A DNA stretch of 6,137 nt, taken from positions 1 through 6,137 of the forward strand of contig DGGR01000025.1 of assembly GCA_002392285.1 (NCBI GenBank). Reading direction: 5' to 3'. Positions 4,659-6,137 of the stretch are shown in pieces. The translations under genes and the position numbers were made by a program. Each line of letters starts with the position of its first letter. Positions within the stretch are counted from its first letter, which is position 1. The stretch comes from Verrucomicrobia bacterium UBA3869 (lineage in GTDB: Bacteria > Verrucomicrobiota > Verrucomicrobiia > Opitutales > UBA9783). The notes under the pieces are model-generated. The model saw only the letters and a program-made list of their open reading frames with translations, did not search any database and was not told the origin of the DNA.

Positions 4659-6017
4659 TTACCTTTTTTTCCCTATTCCGTAAGCATTGAATCCAAACGA
4701 TCTTATCTGATCTAAATCTAATCCATTACGGCCGTCAAACAAAAAGGTCGGGCGCTTCATAAGGGTATACAGATGCTTATAATTCAACGAAATAAAAGGT
4801 TCGCCTTCGGTCAAGATAACAATTGCATAGCTACCGCGCGCTGCCTGTTCTGGATCCGATACGACTTCAATCGCATCGGATGGATAACCCGCCAAATCGG
4901 TACGGATTACCGTTTCAGGTACCCGTGGATCATAAATCGACAAGAACGCTTGTTCTTTCAATAAATCCTGACAAACGGTAATTGCAGGAGATTCACGCGT
5001 ATCATTGGTATCCTGCTTAAACGCAAAGCCAAAAATAGCAATTTTTTTGCCCGATAAGGTATTAAACAGCTTTTCTAAAATTAAGCGCGCAAAACGATGC
5101 TTTTGGTGTTCGTTCATGTCCACCACTTGCTGCCAATACAGCGCAGATTCTTTCAATCCAAAGGATTCGCACAGATAGATCAAATTTAACAGATCCTTTT
5201 TAAAACAAGAACCGCCAAAACCAACCGAACTTTTTAGGAATTTAGCACCAATACGGCTATCAGCACCAATTGCGCGCGAAATTTCATCCACATCTGCACC
5301 TGAACACTCACACAAAGCTGATAGGGCGTTGATCGAGGAAATACGTTGAGCCAAAAAGGCATTAGCCGACAGCTTGGATAATTCGCTGGACCAGAGGTTT
5401 TGGGTAATAATTTTTTCTCTCGGCACCCAATGCGCATAAACATCCACTAGGGTTTGAATCGCCTGCTTACCGCTTTCAGTTTGCTCGCCTCCGATCAAAA
5501 TACGATCGGGATGGCGTAAGTCTTGCATAGCGGTTCCTTCGGCCATAAATTCCGGATTGGACAGAATTTCAAAATGACACTGATGCGGATTGCTCGCCAA
5601 AATCGCCCGCAATTTGTTAGCGGTACAAACCGGCAATGTGGACTTTTCAACAATAATTTTATCCGACGTTGCTAAAGCCGCAATACGTTCAACCGCACTA
5701 ACAATATACTTCAAATCCGAAGCTTTCCCAGCGCCCTCTCCATATTGCTTGGTTGGGGTGTTAACGGACAAAAAGATAACATCTGATTCTTGGATAGCAG
5801 TATCAATATCCGTCGTAAAGGATAGGTTACGTCCACGGAGCTTTTTAACCGTTTCCGCTAACCCCGGTTCATAAACAGGCAATTGATCTGAGTTCCAGGC
5901 ATCAATTCGCTGCTGATTAATATCTGTAACCCTTACTTGTATTTCAGGGCATTGTTCGGCAATAACAACCATCGTTGGACCGCCAACATAACCCGCTCCA
6001 ATACTGCAAATCTTCAT
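4659..6017 (-). CDS. ugd: UDP-glucose 6-dehydrogenase (EC 1.1.1.22), long eukaryote-like type
   Basis: The NAD-binding motif KICSIGAGYVGGPT is N-terminal (GxGxxG at nt 5982-5999, minus strand). The catalytic-Cys motif is VGFGGSCFKKD, with the Cys codon at 5205-5207. Long blocks match my recollection of plant and animal UGDH: AWNSDQLPVYEPGL, SVNTPTK, LSNPEFMAEGTA, PDRILIGG, WSSELSKLSANAFLAQRISSINALSALCE, YWQQVVDMN, KKIAIFGFAFKQDTNDTRES, IYDPRVP and FLFDGRN. I chose the start at ATG 6017 (MKICSIGAG), by analogy with plant MVKICCIGAG. In-frame ATG 6047 and TTG 6086 are alternatives. Confidence 0.95.
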   Translation of the reverse strand: MKICSIGAGYVGGPTMVVIAEQCPEIQVRVTDINQQRIDAWNSDQLPVYEPGLAETVKKLRGRNLSFTTDIDTAIQESDVIFLSVNTPTKQYGEGAGKASDLKYIVSAVERIAALATSDKIIVEKSTLPVCTANKLRAILASNPHQCHFEILSNPEFMAEGTAMQDLRHPDRILIGGEQTESGKQAIQTLVDVYAHWVPREKIITQNLWSSELSKLSANAFLAQRISSINALSALCECSGADVDEISRAIGADSRIGAKFLKSSVGFGGSCFKKDLLNLIYLCESFGLKESALYWQQVVDMNEHQKHRFARLILEKLFNTLSGKKIAIFGFAFKQDTNDTRESPAITVCQDLLKEQAFLSIYDPRVPETVIRTDLAGYPSDAIEVVSDPEQAARGSYAIVILTEGEPFISLNYKHLYTLMKRPTFLFDGRNGLDLDQIRSFGFNAYGIGKKR

Positions 6018-6137
6018 GCCTTTATAGGAGCTTTTTTTTGCCCTCATTGTCAAACTCAAAGCCCATCCGCTTAAGGCAAACACCAAACCAGCATCGTCCC
6101 TAGAACGTCCTCCCTACACCGATATAGACCTGGTCGG

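Noticed and set aside
4773-5874. Track ORFs 4773-4964 (+), 5234-5443 (-) and 5590-5874 (+), overlapping ugd
   Set aside because: They lie antisense to or out of frame with a highly conserved UGDH frame, so they are shadow ORFs.
4664-6039. Homopolymer tracts T7 (4664-4670), T7 (5042-5048) and T8 (6032-6039) in or next to ugd as possible slipped-strand phase-variation sites
   Set aside because: Tracts of 7-8 nt are short for phase variation. The two coding tracts simply encode Lys-Lys, and the first affects only the last four codons. There is no evidence of frame disruption.
6021-6053. TTGACA (6053-6048, - strand) and TATAAA (6026-6021, - strand) upstream of ugd
   Set aside because: The hexamers are good matches, but the spacer is 21 nt and the -10 ends only 3 nt before ATG 6017. 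That geometry is incompatible with a sigma70-type promoter for this start.
6018-6086. N-terminal extension of ugd from TTG 6086 or ATG 6047 (MVFALSGWALSLTMRAKKSSYKG)
   Set aside because: Plant and animal UGDHs begin only 2-6 residues before the I-C-x-IGAGYVGG strand, and the extension has no conserved features. ATG 6047 remains a possible alternative start.
6071-6137. A - strand frame open from the right border to TAA (6073-6071): ...RPGLYRCREDVLGTMLVWCLP. It is either the 3' end of an upstream gene or a 7-codon mini-ORF (ATG 6094) downstream of GGGAGGA (6115-6109)
   Set aside because: Only 22 codons are visible. The GGGAGGA is 14 nt from the ATG, which is too far for a canonical SD. It cannot be decided without flanking sequence.

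Overview
This is a gene-dense, prokaryote-style 6.1-kb window. Spot counts of a few 60-nt lines suggest low-to-mid 40s % GC; I did not compute it over the whole window. I support four CDSs. Three are co-directional on the + strand. (1) 102-842 encodes a 246-aa exported Cys/His-rich protein that I cannot place in any family. (2) 909-3233 encodes a 774-aa exported protein that is about 9-10% Gln by hand count. It has a Trp-rich orphan N-terminal part, and its C-terminal ~480 residues form a TPR-like array with a ~37-residue period. (3) 3244-4620 encodes a cytoplasmic FAD-dependent oxidoreductase of the CrtI/amine-oxidase (COG1233-like) type, separated from gene 2 by only 10 nt. These three converge on a - strand UDP-glucose 6-dehydrogenase (4659-6017) of the long, eukaryote-like type. 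I saw no rRNA, tRNA, CRISPR array, transposase, IS ends or long nucleotide repeats. The best candidate for something undescribed is the + strand trio: two exported orphan proteins with CxxC/HCHH motifs and paired cysteines, followed by a tightly coupled flavoprotein. Any function for the trio is inference only. A smaller signal visible directly in the sequence is a double ATGA stop/start relay at the gene 2/gene 3 junction. It runs through a 5-codon mini-ORF whose ATG sits 7 nt downstream of a GGAGG. The taxon cannot be determined from the sequence alone.
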